Positions 1 through 12,300 of a stretch of 64,000 nucleotides of DNA are shown here, piece by piece. A program made the translations under genes and the position numbers. The notes beneath the pieces are model-generated. The model had not been told where the DNA came from. It did no database searches and saw nothing but the letters and a program-made list of their open reading frames with translations. The first letter of the stretch is position 1. Each line of letters begins with the position of its first letter. Source of the stretch: Candidatus Latescibacterota bacterium (GTDB lineage: Bacteria > Latescibacterota > UBA2968 > GCA-2709665); NCBI GenBank assembly GCA_965116875.1, contig OZ220733.1, forward strand, positions 4,512,001-4,576,000, given 5' to 3'.

Positions 1-687
1 CTGCCGGAGGCTCTTGCGGAAAAACTCCTGATACCACTCCAGAAGCGTGCGCCTTTTCAGGAGTACCCGGGCAAGGCTGAGCCGGTCGACCTGAAGCATA
101 TTCTGGCCGTGCTGAAAACAGAGTCGAAGGTGTCCGGACTTGAGCTCGTAGGTTTCCAGGGCAAACAGGGGAGGCGATGAACACACGAGATCATATAGCG
201 CCCAGGTCCGGTGGCCCTCGGGAGAGGTATCCCGAATTGAATTCAGAATCCTGCTGATACTGTCTCGTGCATCCTCGTCCGGTCTTGTCCGTATTCTGAC
301 GAACAGGAGCCGGTCGGACGGCGGACTGTAAAACACCAGCGCGTGGACGAGGTGCTCGGCCTGCCAGGAGAAAAAGACTGGAGAACGCGCATCGGGCAGA
401 TCAATCCACCCGGCCTCGGGACTGCGGTCGATGTCGATCCGTTTTTTTTCCTTGCGGGCGCTCTGGGCAAGTCCATCGACAAAGCGGTCCACAATCGGGG
501 CGACTCGCTCGTCGCCCCGGGCATCCTTCCACTCGATTTCCAGTCTGGCCAGCGTGGGGTCATCCAGACGAACGCTGCCTGCATTGGAGTCGCCCGTTAT
601 CTTGCCGGGGTTCCACTCCAACGGCACCTCGAGTTTCAGCCCGTGCCATGCGAAAAGGGTCCAGTCTGAGTAACGCAAACGCTTCAA
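1..687 (-). CDS. Hypothetical protein, runs off the left window edge (not in the ORF track)
   Basis: My translation of the minus strand from TTG at 687 (alternative ATG at 756) reads like a real protein: ...WTLFAWHGLKLEVPLEWNPGKITGD...RLEIEWK...WALYDL...YELKSGHLRL...LLEWYQEFFRK. The parts I translated contain no stop. Divergent from lexA. Confidence 0.7.
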   Translation of the reverse strand, partial: MKRLRYSDWTLFAWHGLKLEVPLEWNPGKITGDSNAGSVRLDDPTLARLEIEWKDARGDERVAPIVDRFVDGLAQSARKEKKRIDIDRSPEAGWIDLPDARSPVFFSWQAEHLVHALVFYSPPSDRLLFVRIRTRPDEDARDSISRILNSIRDTSPEGHRTWALYDLVCSSPPLFALETYELKSGHLRLCFQHGQNMLQVDRLSLARVLLKRRTLLEWYQEFFRKSLRQ

Positions 688-993
688 GTGACGCCACCCT
701 TTTTCTGGCAGCCCGCTGAAAAAGCCCATCAGGGACGGGACGCCAACCCTTGCCATGAGAGCGACTTCAGGTACGGACTGCTGGAGAATCAATGCGCCGG
801 ATGGATAAATATACGTAACCCGGAACACCTGTCAAGCACTTTATGTTTTATCTAAGTATAGGTTTTGCAGTGAGTTGCAAGTGAACATCCGGGTGGCAAC
901 ATGCGGATTTCCGGTTTGACGAAAGCCATGGTTCGACAACAGACCGGCTTCTCTTGCGGCAATGGCAAGTTGCCGCGCACCTCAAAACTGATA

Positions 994-1022
994 TTGACGA
1001 ATGAACTAATGTTCACTATATT
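994..1022 (+). promoter_or_regulatory. sigma70-type lexA promoter with SOS box in the spacer
   Basis: TTGACG(994-999)-17 nt-TATATT(1017-1022). Palindrome TGAAC-TAAT-GTTCA at 1002-1015. Confidence 0.8.
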
Positions 1023-1117
1023 CAAATGAGCAGTGCCCGGGTTAACGGACCGGATCGAGAAAAACAGGATGGTTTTTCGAATTCTGAAAAAGCGTTTGGC
1101 TCTTGAGGAGATGCGCG

Positions 1118-1747
1118 ATGCGTCAGAAGCTGACGGACAGGCAAAATGAAATCTACGAGTTTATCGCCAGGAAGATACGAGATGGCGGCGCCCCTCCAAC
1201 CATTCGGGAGACGATGGACGCATTTGGCATCGCTTCCACAAATGGCGTGAGAACCACACTGGCCGCGCTCGAGAAAAAGGGTTACATCCGACGGCGCCCG
1301 ATGGTGTCCCGTGGTATCGAGCTTACGGACTTCGTGGAACGCGACGTTCCAGGTAGAGCCGAAACCCGGGAGGTGCCGGTTATTGGACGTGTGGCTGCCG
1401 GAGAGCCCATTCTGGCATCTGAAAACGTCGAGGGCACCGTGGCTGTCGATCGTTCTTTTCTTCCGTCAGAAGACGTCTTCGTTCTTCGTGTCAGGGGCGA
1501 GAGTATGCGCGACGCAGGCATCCTGGATGGAGACTATGTGTTGGCACGCCATCAGGAAACGGCGAGTCCCGGCGAGATCGTGGTGGCGGTGATTGGGGAG
1601 GAGGCAACCGTGAAGCGATATTTCCCCGAAGCGGGCCGGATACGGCTCACCCCGGAAAACGAAGCGTTCGAAGCCATACTGGTACATCCAGACCGCGACG
1701 AGTTCCGCATTGCGGGCAAAATTGTGGGGCTGATGCGTCGATTCTGA
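1118..1747 (+). CDS. lexA: SOS repressor LexA
   Basis: N-terminal wHTH (LTDRQ..PPTIRE..LEKKGYI), Ala-Gly cleavage site (VAAG), catalytic Ser (GESM) and Lys (TVKR). RBS GAGGAG at 1105-1110. Confidence 0.97.
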   Translation: MRQKLTDRQNEIYEFIARKIRDGGAPPTIRETMDAFGIASTNGVRTTLAALEKKGYIRRRPMVSRGIELTDFVERDVPGRAETREVPVIGRVAAGEPILASENVEGTVAVDRSFLPSEDVFVLRVRGESMRDAGILDGDYVLARHQETASPGEIVVAVIGEEATVKRYFPEAGRIRLTPENEAFEAILVHPDRDEFRIAGKIVGLMRRF

Positions 1748-1779
1748 AACTGCCTGTACGCACCGGTCCTGAATGTCCG

Positions 1780-1809
1780 CCTCTCTCGACTTCGAGAGGG
1801 GTATTTTTT
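1780..1809 (+). terminator. Intrinsic terminator after lexA
   Basis: CCTCTCTCGA/TCGAGAGGGG hairpin followed by a T-run. Confidence 0.65.
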
Positions 1810-1929
1810 CGTGTCAATCGTTTCAGTGCGACTGAACAATTCACTCCGGTGTAGCGCCGTCGATTCCCCGGCGTCCGGACGGCGAGAACCGACCACCGGA
1901 CTTCGGAAATCCCGTCAGGGCCCTGGAAG

Positions 1930-3051
1930 TTATCCGGTTCGAACCGGCTTCCGGAGAAAGCGTTTTCCGGGTCGTTGTTCGGCGACGCCCGCCAGTTCCA
2001 ACGACAGCAGCAAGGAAAGCACGCTGGCGGCCGGCATCTCCGTGAGGTCGGCAATCGTATCGATGTGGGCCGGCAGGTCGGACGAAAGGCACTCATAGAC
2101 CTGGCGCTCCCCTTGGGAGAGTTCCAGGGGTTCCGGAGCCGGCTTCGGACGGACGTTTCGGGTGGGAATCTGTGCCAGTTGCGAACGGATTTCATCCAGA
2201 ATGTCCTCTACCGACTGAACCAGAACCGCGCCCTGCCTGATCAGCCGGTTTGTGCCGCGGCTTCGACCGGAATGAACCGGACCTGGAACGGCGAAGACCT
2301 CCCGGTTCTGCTCAAGCGCCAGCCGGGCGGTGATTAACGCGCCACTGCGTTCACCCGCCTCGATGACCAGGACCCCAAGACTCAGCCCACTGATGATTCT
2401 GTTACGACGAGGAAAGTTGTGGGCCTCCGCGGATGCGCCCATTGGGAATTCTGAAAGCGTTGCGCCGGTTTCGTTGATCACATCGAACAGATCCCTGTTC
2501 TGTGGCGGATACGGCCTGTCCAGTCCGCTACCCAATACCGCCACGGTATATCCTTGTTCGGCAAGCGCGCCCCGGTGGGCGTACGTATCGATGCCGGTGG
2601 CCAGCCCGCTGACTACGGTAATTCCTCGACGAACGAGTTCTCCCGACATCTGATAGGCGATATCCCGACCGTAGGAGGTGAATGAGCGGGAACCCACAAT
2701 CGCAACGGTGGGATGCGCACAGACATCTATTTTCCCCAGTACGTAGAGGATTGGCGGCGGCGCGTAGGTTTCTCTGAGATAGCCCGGATAGCCGGGACAC
2801 TGCAGCGTCAGCAGATGCACACGCGCATCTTCAGCGCGACGAAGCTGCTCTTCAGCCCAGGACGGGTCGCGATCTTTATGGATCGCGTTGGCAAGTTCGG
2901 GACCTATTCCTGGTACAGTACACAGGCGTTCACGGGGCGCCCGCAGTACCTCGTTCGGTCTGCAAAACTGACGCAGCAATGCGGAAAACGCGACGGGGCC
3001 GAGCCCGGCTACCGAATGAAGGGTCAACCAATCCAGAATGTCTTTGGACAT
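1930..3051 (-). CDS. dprA: DNA-protecting protein DprA
   Basis: Motifs VAIVGSR, VSGLATGID, FPRRNRIISGLS, SGALITA, VFAVPG; C-terminal wHTH. Confidence 0.96.
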   Translation of the reverse strand: MSKDILDWLTLHSVAGLGPVAFSALLRQFCRPNEVLRAPRERLCTVPGIGPELANAIHKDRDPSWAEEQLRRAEDARVHLLTLQCPGYPGYLRETYAPPPILYVLGKIDVCAHPTVAIVGSRSFTSYGRDIAYQMSGELVRRGITVVSGLATGIDTYAHRGALAEQGYTVAVLGSGLDRPYPPQNRDLFDVINETGATLSEFPMGASAEAHNFPRRNRIISGLSLGVLVIEAGERSGALITARLALEQNREVFAVPGPVHSGRSRGTNRLIRQGAVLVQSVEDILDEIRSQLAQIPTRNVRPKPAPEPLELSQGERQVYECLSSDLPAHIDTIADLTEMPAASVLSLLLSLELAGVAEQRPGKRFLRKPVRTG

Positions 3052-3287
3052 CTTTTAAAGGAACGGGCCTCCGCGCATCAGCCGTAGACGGTGGCCGGGT
3101 GTGGTGTCCGGTGGGTTCAGTCCAGCTATATGCAAAAGGAGTGCCAGAAAAAACGGGGGCGTTGCGGCGCAGGAGGCCCGGGGCGGTGAACGGGATTTTC
3201 AGAAGCGGTATCGGGATCGAAAGGAACTTACAGGGGACTGAGGAGGGGTATTGTTCGCCTGGCGGGGTGGGTGACGTCCATGAGGGA

Positions 3288-4283
<996 letters not shown>

Positions 4284-4446
4284 CTATAGGCTGGCGCACA
4301 CGACCGTCTGTATGAAAACCGGGACCTCATTCAGCCGACCGTGGTATTGCCGAAAAGGAGACGAATTCAACCGGAGCATAGAGTAAGCATATGGGTTCAT
4401 GTCTGCAGCCCGGATGGACTTTTCCAACGGGCTGCTAACAGACGCT

Positions 4447-4923
4447 TCAGACGAATTTTGCTTTAAGTCGTTTCTCAACCGCTGGCGGTACGAAAGCGGT
4501 CACATCGCCGCCAAAACGCGCGATTTCCCGAACAAGGGTGGAGTTGAGATACGCATATTCCAGACTGGGCATCAGAAAGACGACCTCCAGGCGGGGTTCC
4601 ATCTGACGGTTGGCAACCGCCATTGCAATTTCCAGTTCGTATTCGGTGGTTGTGCGCAGACTGCGCACAACGGTGAAGACACCGCTCTCCCTGGCAAAGT
4701 CAACGAGCAATCCACTGTACTTCGTGACTTCCACGTTCGGACACTTCGACGAGACTTCCTGAATCATGTGCACACGTTCATCCGACGAGAACAGAGGGCG
4801 CTTTTCAGGATTCAGGCCCACGGCGACGATCAGCCGGCTGCAGATCTTCGCCGTTCGTTCGATCAGGTCCAGATGACCGAATGTCACCGGATCGAAGGTG
4901 CCAGGATAGATCGCCGCAGTCAT
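4447..4923 (-). CDS. coaD: Phosphopantetheine adenylyltransferase
   Basis: MTAAIYPGTFDPVTFGHLDLIER. True start at ATG 4923, overlapping the upstream stop. Confidence 0.95.
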   Translation of the reverse strand: MTAAIYPGTFDPVTFGHLDLIERTAKICSRLIVAVGLNPEKRPLFSSDERVHMIQEVSSKCPNVEVTKYSGLLVDFARESGVFTVVRSLRTTTEYELEIAMAVANRQMEPRLEVVFLMPSLEYAYLNSTLVREIARFGGDVTAFVPPAVEKRLKAKFV

Positions 4924-5873
4924 GGTTGCTCCTTTGCGAGGTTCATATAAGCCAGACCTGCCGCAATACTGAATCTGGACTGGTTCACCAGGAAACGCCG
5001 CTGTGATTCCCGGAGAGTCTCTGTGGTACAGTTCGAAAAGGGCAGGAGGGATTCGAATCCTGGCCCCCCGGCTTCCTCCAGGCATTGGCTGAGGGTCTCA
5101 ATCTGGTTTTCTTCGCCACATAACAGTACCCGGTCAAATCCGGACTTGCTCCGTCCGGACGGATGCCGCCGGTTGAGCCAGCGGCGCAACACAACACCGG
5201 TTTCCTCCAGTCTCGAGCGTTCGTGCGAGGTTTGAGATGGCAACCCGTCAGACCGCACCGTGTCTTGCAGGCAGACAGCCTCTGCCGAAACCAGATTTCC
5301 CGATTCCGTCGCGACGAAATAGAACCACGGATGTCCGCCCATGACAATGGCTCCGGATCCGGCCCGACCCTTCGCCAGCAGACAGGCGTAATACAGCCCG
5401 ATCGGCTCGGCTTCCAGTCGATACTTCCGTACAGGAAGCGATGAAAGCAGTTCCGAACAGAACTCGAATACCTCCTTGCGGATTGCAATCCAGAAGGCAG
5501 TTCGCCCCACGGCAAGGTAGTTAACGTCATACCTGTCGATGGGGTCGACCAGCGTCTGCGCGGCCTCCCAGGTAATGTGTTCCCGTCGATCATCGGGCGA
5601 AGCGAGTTCCAGCGGAGTTTTTTGCAGGTGAAAGAAGCCGCCGCCCAGTGAGAGTACCACTGTCCCGGGCACTTCCTGCACCTGCGCGAATGCTTGCTGC
5701 AGACCTTCCGAGATGCATTGCCTGACTCGCGGTCGAAAAGGCCAATGCGGCAGAACAGGGTTGACCAGGCGAGACTCGAAGAGCGCACAGATCCGGCAGC
5801 CCGCCGGCGTGCGTTCCAGACAGACCAATCGAAGCAGATCGCCAGCGATCTGAATCCCCGTCGCCCTGGTCAT
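4920..5873 (-). CDS. Hypothetical protein, weakly PilM-like (actin-like fold)
   Basis: N-terminal GIQIAGDLLRLVCL, VLLCGE and C-terminal FSIAAGLA resemble PilM motifs. Translationally coupled between comEA and coaD. Confidence 0.5.
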   Translation of the reverse strand: MTRATGIQIAGDLLRLVCLERTPAGCRICALFESRLVNPVLPHWPFRPRVRQCISEGLQQAFAQVQEVPGTVVLSLGGGFFHLQKTPLELASPDDRREHITWEAAQTLVDPIDRYDVNYLAVGRTAFWIAIRKEVFEFCSELLSSLPVRKYRLEAEPIGLYYACLLAKGRAGSGAIVMGGHPWFYFVATESGNLVSAEAVCLQDTVRSDGLPSQTSHERSRLEETGVVLRRWLNRRHPSGRSKSGFDRVLLCGEENQIETLSQCLEEAGGPGFESLLPFSNCTTETLRESQRRFLVNQSRFSIAAGLAYMNLAKEQP

Positions 5874-6256
5874 GGACTGTCTACCGTAATCTTCGAACCC
5901 ATTCTTTCCAGTGTTTTTTTCCCAATACCCTTTACCCGGGAAAGATCATCCACGGACTTGAACGGGCCGCGTTGATTGCGGTCGTCCACAATGCGACGCG
6001 CGAGTTTAGGGCCGATGCCCGGCAGGCGCGTCAGTTGACCCGCTGAAGCCCGGTTCAGATTGATCGGGCCGGTGTGCTGCGCCACAGATTCAGTTTCTTC
6101 AGGACCGTCGGGCACCCGTACCGCGCCTTTCTGGACGTGGAAGTCCGGGAGGTCGCGGTCGCTGAACCGTTCGACCAGATTGACCGCCCCACCGATCAGC
6201 AATGCGGCGGTCAGACCCAGCAATACGAACCGTTCTTTGCGGTTGAAGGAAAACAT
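5870..6256 (-). CDS. comEA: ComEA-family helix-hairpin-helix DNA-binding protein
   Basis: N-terminal TM helix, ININRAS-type motif (INLNRAS), LPGIGPKLA, RVKGIG. Confidence 0.9.
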   Translation of the reverse strand: MFSFNRKERFVLLGLTAALLIGGAVNLVERFSDRDLPDFHVQKGAVRVPDGPEETESVAQHTGPINLNRASAGQLTRLPGIGPKLARRIVDDRNQRGPFKSVDDLSRVKGIGKKTLERMGSKITVDSP

Positions 6257-6313
6257 GCGTACTCCGACAAAGATGGCGGGAACAGGTGGAGGTTGAACGG
6301 CGGATGGGAAAGT

Positions 6314-9300
6314 TCAATTGAAGCGGATTTCTCCCCATACCTTGAATTCCCAGACCCTGTTGTTCAGGTCCCGGAGCTTGTCCTTCCGGTTTTCATGTCG
6401 AAGGCGGGTCCCTCCCGTAAACTTGCTGCTGAACTGATACTGACCTGCAAGGCTGGAGTGCCAGCGATCTTCGCTCTGGCGCACCACAGCCTGTTCAGTT
6501 TCGGTGGCGTCCGCGCTTCGGGGAATCTCCCGTTTGAGGCTTGTGTTGGTGCCGTACTCCAGGGTGAGGTCCAGGTTGCTTTGCAGTTTCCGGACGAACT
6601 TCGAGCTGAGTGAATATCTGAGGGATGCCGTGAACTGGGACGTTTCTGTAATGGTGGTTCCAATCTGGCGCTCCTCCAGCGTCGGCTGCGCCAGGGTCGT
6701 GTCGGCCGCCACGTTACGCTGGTACCTGATGTCGCTCTGACGACTGCGGTTTCTGCGGAGATTCGTACTCATTCTGTTCTTCCACCGGGCCTGCCACGCG
6801 ACGAGAGGCCTGAACTCCGTTCTCCGGGTATCGTTGGTCAGGACGTGGTCATCCAGCCCCCCGTCGCCCCTGAAGGTGCGGTTTGTCTTGTAGTTGAAGC
6901 TGAGATTGGAACTGGTGAACAACCATCTCAGAACCGGAAGTTCACCAAGGCCGCGCCAGTTTATGCCAAATTCCGGGAATTCCAGTTTCTGTTCCTCCGT
7001 ATTGGCGTTACCAAAACTCCTCGTATGATTGAACGTCAGATTGGTACTGCCCCGAAAGCCGGCCGGAAGGCGAACGCCGCCCTTGACAATCGCATTATCG
7101 GTGATGTTTCTGGTGTTCACACGTGTGACGCCCCCCGAACCGTAACGGGGCGACGTCGTGGTGTCGGTGATCCCGAGCTGGAACTTCAATGCGGGTCGAC
7201 GTCTCAGGCCGAAGAGATTGAACGTACGGTTGCGAAAGACGTTGACCTGAACGAGTTCCAATGATCCGCCCAGTCTCCCAATTAGCCGGACCACGGAAAA
7301 CCCGGTCCGGTCCTTCGACGGACGTGCGAGAGGACGAAATAGTCCGGGCACGTTCAGGCTGAACCTGCCGCCGACGCGGCTGGTGTTACCCACGGACAGA
7401 CCTCGGCGTTCGTTGCCTATGGGAGTACGCTGGCCTCCGGTTTCAAGTCGCTCACGATAGCGGGCGGAGTAGTCGGAATTGATGTTGAGCCACTTGGAGA
7501 CCCGGGGCGTGAAGTTGAAGCGCACCTCCTGATTTCGCGTGGTCTCGCGGCCAAACTGCAGTCTGGCGAAATCGAACGAATTCCTGAGGTCGCGGTTTAC
7601 CCCGAGGGAATAGTTGGCGTTCAGGCTCCGAAAGGGAGTCAGTTTTATAGCGAAACTCTCATTGACGTTGAAAGTCTCATTCAAGACCGCGATGACATCG
7701 GACGTATCGCCTTCGACGGCGGAGAAGGAGCGTCTGTTGATGTTCTTCCGGTCAAAACGCAGGTTATAACGAATTGTTGACGGGAGGTAGAAGAACCGGA
7801 CTTCCTCGAAAGTGGAACCCAGCCCCGGGATCCAGGTAAGGATTGTAACGCCTCTTTGTCTGGGCCAGCTGACGTCATAGCTGAAACTCCCGTTGAAATT
7901 ATGCTGTTTGTTGGACCGGCGACGCGTGATTGCGCCGCTGACCGCGTTGTTGGAAAGGAGGTTCAGTGACGCATTGATCCGGTCGAAGAAAAGCCTGGCG
8001 ATCCAGCGACGGTCTGTAGCCGCCGCACGTTTGCGCAGAGAGACATTGAACCGTGAGGAAGCGCGGACCGCGCTCTCCCGACTCTTCTGCTGTTCGGTCA
8101 GTACGATGTCTGAACCCTGTCGGATTCGGGGCACCGAGCCGTTCCGGAGGTAATTGAACCGGACCGGAATGACGGTGTTCCATCTGTCGGGCAGGAACTT
8201 GTTCAGATTGAACGAACCGTTCATGCTGACCTGGGTTGTCGTATTGCCCGTGGAACGTCCCTGAAGATCCTGGAAGTCGCCGCTCCTTCGTTCCAGATTC
8301 AGGCTCACGTTTCCCAGATCCGCCAGTGTGGTCTGAACGTTCAATAACATGGAGACGGCGTTTTTCTTGCGGATTCGATCGACGCGGAGTTCATCCAGCC
8401 AGATTTCGTTCTCTCCCTCCAGGGGGAATTCTCCCGTGTTTCTGACGCCGACCACGAAAGACTTGATTTTCGAAAGCGCCGGGTTGCCGCGCACGGTATA
8501 CGTTCCGCCGTGCAGTCGTGCGCGTATCTGACTGGCTTCACTGTCGTAGTCGGCCAGGATCTCTCCAGTAGGGAGGGAAATCCTCAGGGTGTCGGACGCC
8601 TGCCCGATGGCCTTGAAGTCCGTGAGCTTCGCCTTGATCTGCGACAGGACATCAAGCTCGATCTTGAACGTGTTGTTTTCCGGAGACCAGCCCCGGTAGA
8701 TGGGCTTCCTGAACTCATAGAAGTTGAGCGTGTCTTCGCCGATAGGTGAAAACCTTACAAAGAGTTCGATCGGGCTGAAGCTGCCGGCGACCGAATCGGG
8801 TCCGGCGGGAAAATTCGCCTCGTACGCGGGTGACGTGGGATTCCCGCCGTGTACGAACATGGTCATCAGACCGTATCGGGTATAATTCTGACCCTCGGTA
8901 AAGGTCCTCGACGCCGACATGCTCTCACCGGGAAACAGGTCTTCAAACCGGAGAACGAGAGACCGTTCGAGGAGTTGCCTTCCCGTCTGTGGATCGATCT
9001 CACGTTCGAGTCCGGGCGGAAGTTCATAGACCTGATTGTCGGTGCCGATGGTGGCAACCTTGAAGTCACCCGACTGTTGTCCCTCAGGGGATTCATCTTC
9101 GAGCCAGTCGCTTCCTACCGCGGCGATCGTGTAGATGTCGAGGGAGGTTGTATCGTCGTGTTCGATCCAGATTCGCGCGAAATCAAACACGCCGGCGAAG
9201 GTGGTATCCGGATTGCCTTCGACCGTGCGGGGCGCGTTGCCGCCGCGCAGGGGAATGCGCAACAGCCTCCAGGGCCTGTCGGAGGGATCGGACTGGCTGC

Positions 9301-12300
9301 CCACGACGAGCACGGAAGGGCCGTCGTACTCGCCGGTCAGCGGGTTCCAGCCCCGATCCGACGCCAGATCGACGCCGTAGTGCAGGTAGTGGTTTCGCGT
9401 GTCCAGGATGCCGTTTCGGTTGAGGTCTTCGGAGTCGGGTCTTTGTTCACGCTCGGGATTGTTGTTCTGGGTACCATTAATCCCCGCCGGGTACCGGAAA
9501 CGAAGATCCTCCTGCGCGTCGTCCACGTCCTTGAAGTTGTCGTCCGACGGATCGTCGGGTACTGTCACGCCGGGGTAGATCAGGCGAAAGACCGAATCTT
9601 CCTGGGCATCGGTCAGACCGTCAAGGCCGATGTCCTCTTCCGGAACGGCCACGTCATCGCCAGTGGGAAAACCGGGAAGGGGACGGTCTTCGGTGCGAAA
9701 CTGCCCGGCAGGCGGCGGGTTGAACGTCGCGTGGTCGAGCAGCAGACCCGCCCGCTCGGAGATCTCACCCAGATCGATATGCAGCCGGCCGGAATTCCCC
9801 CTGACCCAGAGCTCGATAAACTTGGACCGTGAGAAGTCCATGCCGAACAGGTAACTCGTAATGCCCGCCCAGGAGGTTTCCGGGAGGCCCCCGGCCGGGT
9901 TCCGCGAGGTCTCGGGAAAGCCGTTGGTGCGGTGCGGCTCGAATCGGACGCTGAGAACGTCGTCGATGATACTGCTTTCCACGGGAATGTCGTCGCGGCT
10001 CGGCTGAATCTCGTAGATGGTTATGCGGTCCCGGTCCACCAGATTGTACCAGGTGAGGCGTCCCTTCGGCAGTGAGAGGGGGAGTCCGTTCCGGGTTGGG
10101 AAGCTTCCCGCGGACCAGTCGAATTTAAACGTCGAAAACGACTTCCTGCTTTCGGCGCCCTCGAAATCATCGATGTACGCTACGTTCTTCGTATTCGGGT
10201 TGGGAAGGCTCTGGGCAATTTCCATGTCGACGTTAAGTGCCGATGGCGCCTCGGTGGAGACGAACGGCAGCCTGTTGGCGAAGTCGGTGAGGATCTGCGG
10301 CTTGAAGCGGAATCTGCCGTTCATATCCCAGATCAGGGTTCGCGCGGGCTCGTCGCCCACGCGGATCCGTTGCGTTCTGGCACTTTCGCTGCCGTAGAGA
10401 AGGCTGACCCCCACCATCGAGACGTTGTCTTTGAATGGGTGCTCCGCCCGGATGCCAAGAAGACTCTTCTGCCCGCCGCCCAGACCGAACTGGCTCTTGG
10501 AACGGTAGTTGATTGTCAGGTTGGCGGATGGGTCGGCCGCGAGATCCGCGGCCTCGCCGATCAGATTAATGTCACCGCTTACATATTGGATGTCGTAGTC
10601 CCGGCCGCGGGTCAGCCGCTGGGTGTTCAACAGCACCTCCTCGCTGTTTTCGATCACACCAAATCCCAGATTGAATTTGGTGGCCCTGCTCTGCGATCGG
10701 ATCCGCAGGAAATATTGTCCCTTCTGGGCGCGGGTGGTGTTGTTGGTCGTGTTGTAGATCTCGGGCACGCGGGCGTCGTCCGCCAGCGTCTCCGCGCCGA
10801 CACCGCGTTCACCGAACGGCTCGAGGTCCGGAAATACGAGGTGGCCGGTCAGCAGATTGAGTCCGGGCAGATTCGTGCCACCGTCGATGTCGATGAGATT
10901 GTCGGGAGGAGAGGATTCCGAAGCGCCGTTTGTATGTCTGTCCAGTCCGAAGATCTGAAGGTAGGGGGTGCCGCCCTGGTTGTCCACCGCCTCCTGGCCG
11001 GGGACGTCTCTGAGGATCTCCAGTTCGAAACCCTCAGGTTCGATGTTCCGGTCTCCGAGGAAATACACGTTTCGCCACGCCAGGTCCCACGTTGGAAATT
11101 CCGGCCTTTGCTGGCGGGCGTGTATGAGTTTCAGTCTGATCTTCGTTTCCGGATCTGAGGGATTCTGGATGAAATTGAGGTCCCCGAAGACCCGGCCGTC
11201 GGCCGTGCGGTACGCAACGGCAAGGGTGTGACTTCGCTGGACTCTCCTGACGGTCATGATCAGATACCCTCTGGCGTCAACCAGAAATTCGGAGCGGTCC
11301 AGTTCGTGAAAAAACCCCTCTTCGATGCCTCCGCTTTGCGCGCCATCCGCACCGGCATCCGGCTCCGGAGCCGCTCCGCCCGTCCAGTATGCGTAAGCGG
11401 ATCCACGGCCTGCGCGCTGTTCAATATCATTGCGATCGTTGAAGTCATTAAGAAAGACCCGGACGGAGTTGATGTCCACGAGGTCCGGTCGAGCGGGTTC
11501 GTCGGGGAAACTCCTTCGATATACCTGGTCGAGAAAGAAGTACCGGTTTTCTTCGTAATCGTAGTCGCTGATTCTGTGTGCGATCTCCTCAGCCTGACCC
11601 TGGAAGGATTTCCGGTTGCTGGCGCCACGGTCGTGGCTCGTGACCACCGTTACGTCCAATCCGCCCAGTCGCCCACGGCCTTTGATGCCGAACAAACCGC
11701 TTGGGTTGGACGAACTGAAGCCGACCAGTCGGGTACCCGGCAGGCTGAGGGAGGTACGGCCCGCCTCAATCTCCTGGATGATATCGTCTTCGTCTCCATC
11801 GTAGCGAAATTGAAGGGACTCGCTGATATCCGTCTGACCGCGACTGTCCTGCTGCAGATTCAGTGAAATGCGGTCGCCGATCGTACCCTGCACGTTTAAC
11901 TGGGATTCCTGCTCGAAGTTTACGGTAAAGCCCTCGGCTGCGCGCGCGCGGACGGTCTGTGCCTGCCCGCCCACGGTGGTATTCCTCCCTGACAGATCGA
12001 TACGCCGCGATCCGGTGATTTTGATATTGGTGTCGCCTTCACCGGTAATGACACTCAATGCCTTGGGCACATTGACCGGTATCTTGATATCCACGAGCGC
12101 TCCGCCCATATCCCGGCGGGTCCGCACGGGAAGACTGAGTTTTTCCGCAACCACGCGACGGAAGTCAGCGTCGAATTTGTATGCGGACAGACCCTTTATG
12201 GTGATGACCGCGGGAATGCCATGGACGACTTCGCCTGCAGCGCGATACACCATGAGTGTACCCGTATCCGTGTTGAGCAGTCGGGTGACCGTCTGGGTGA

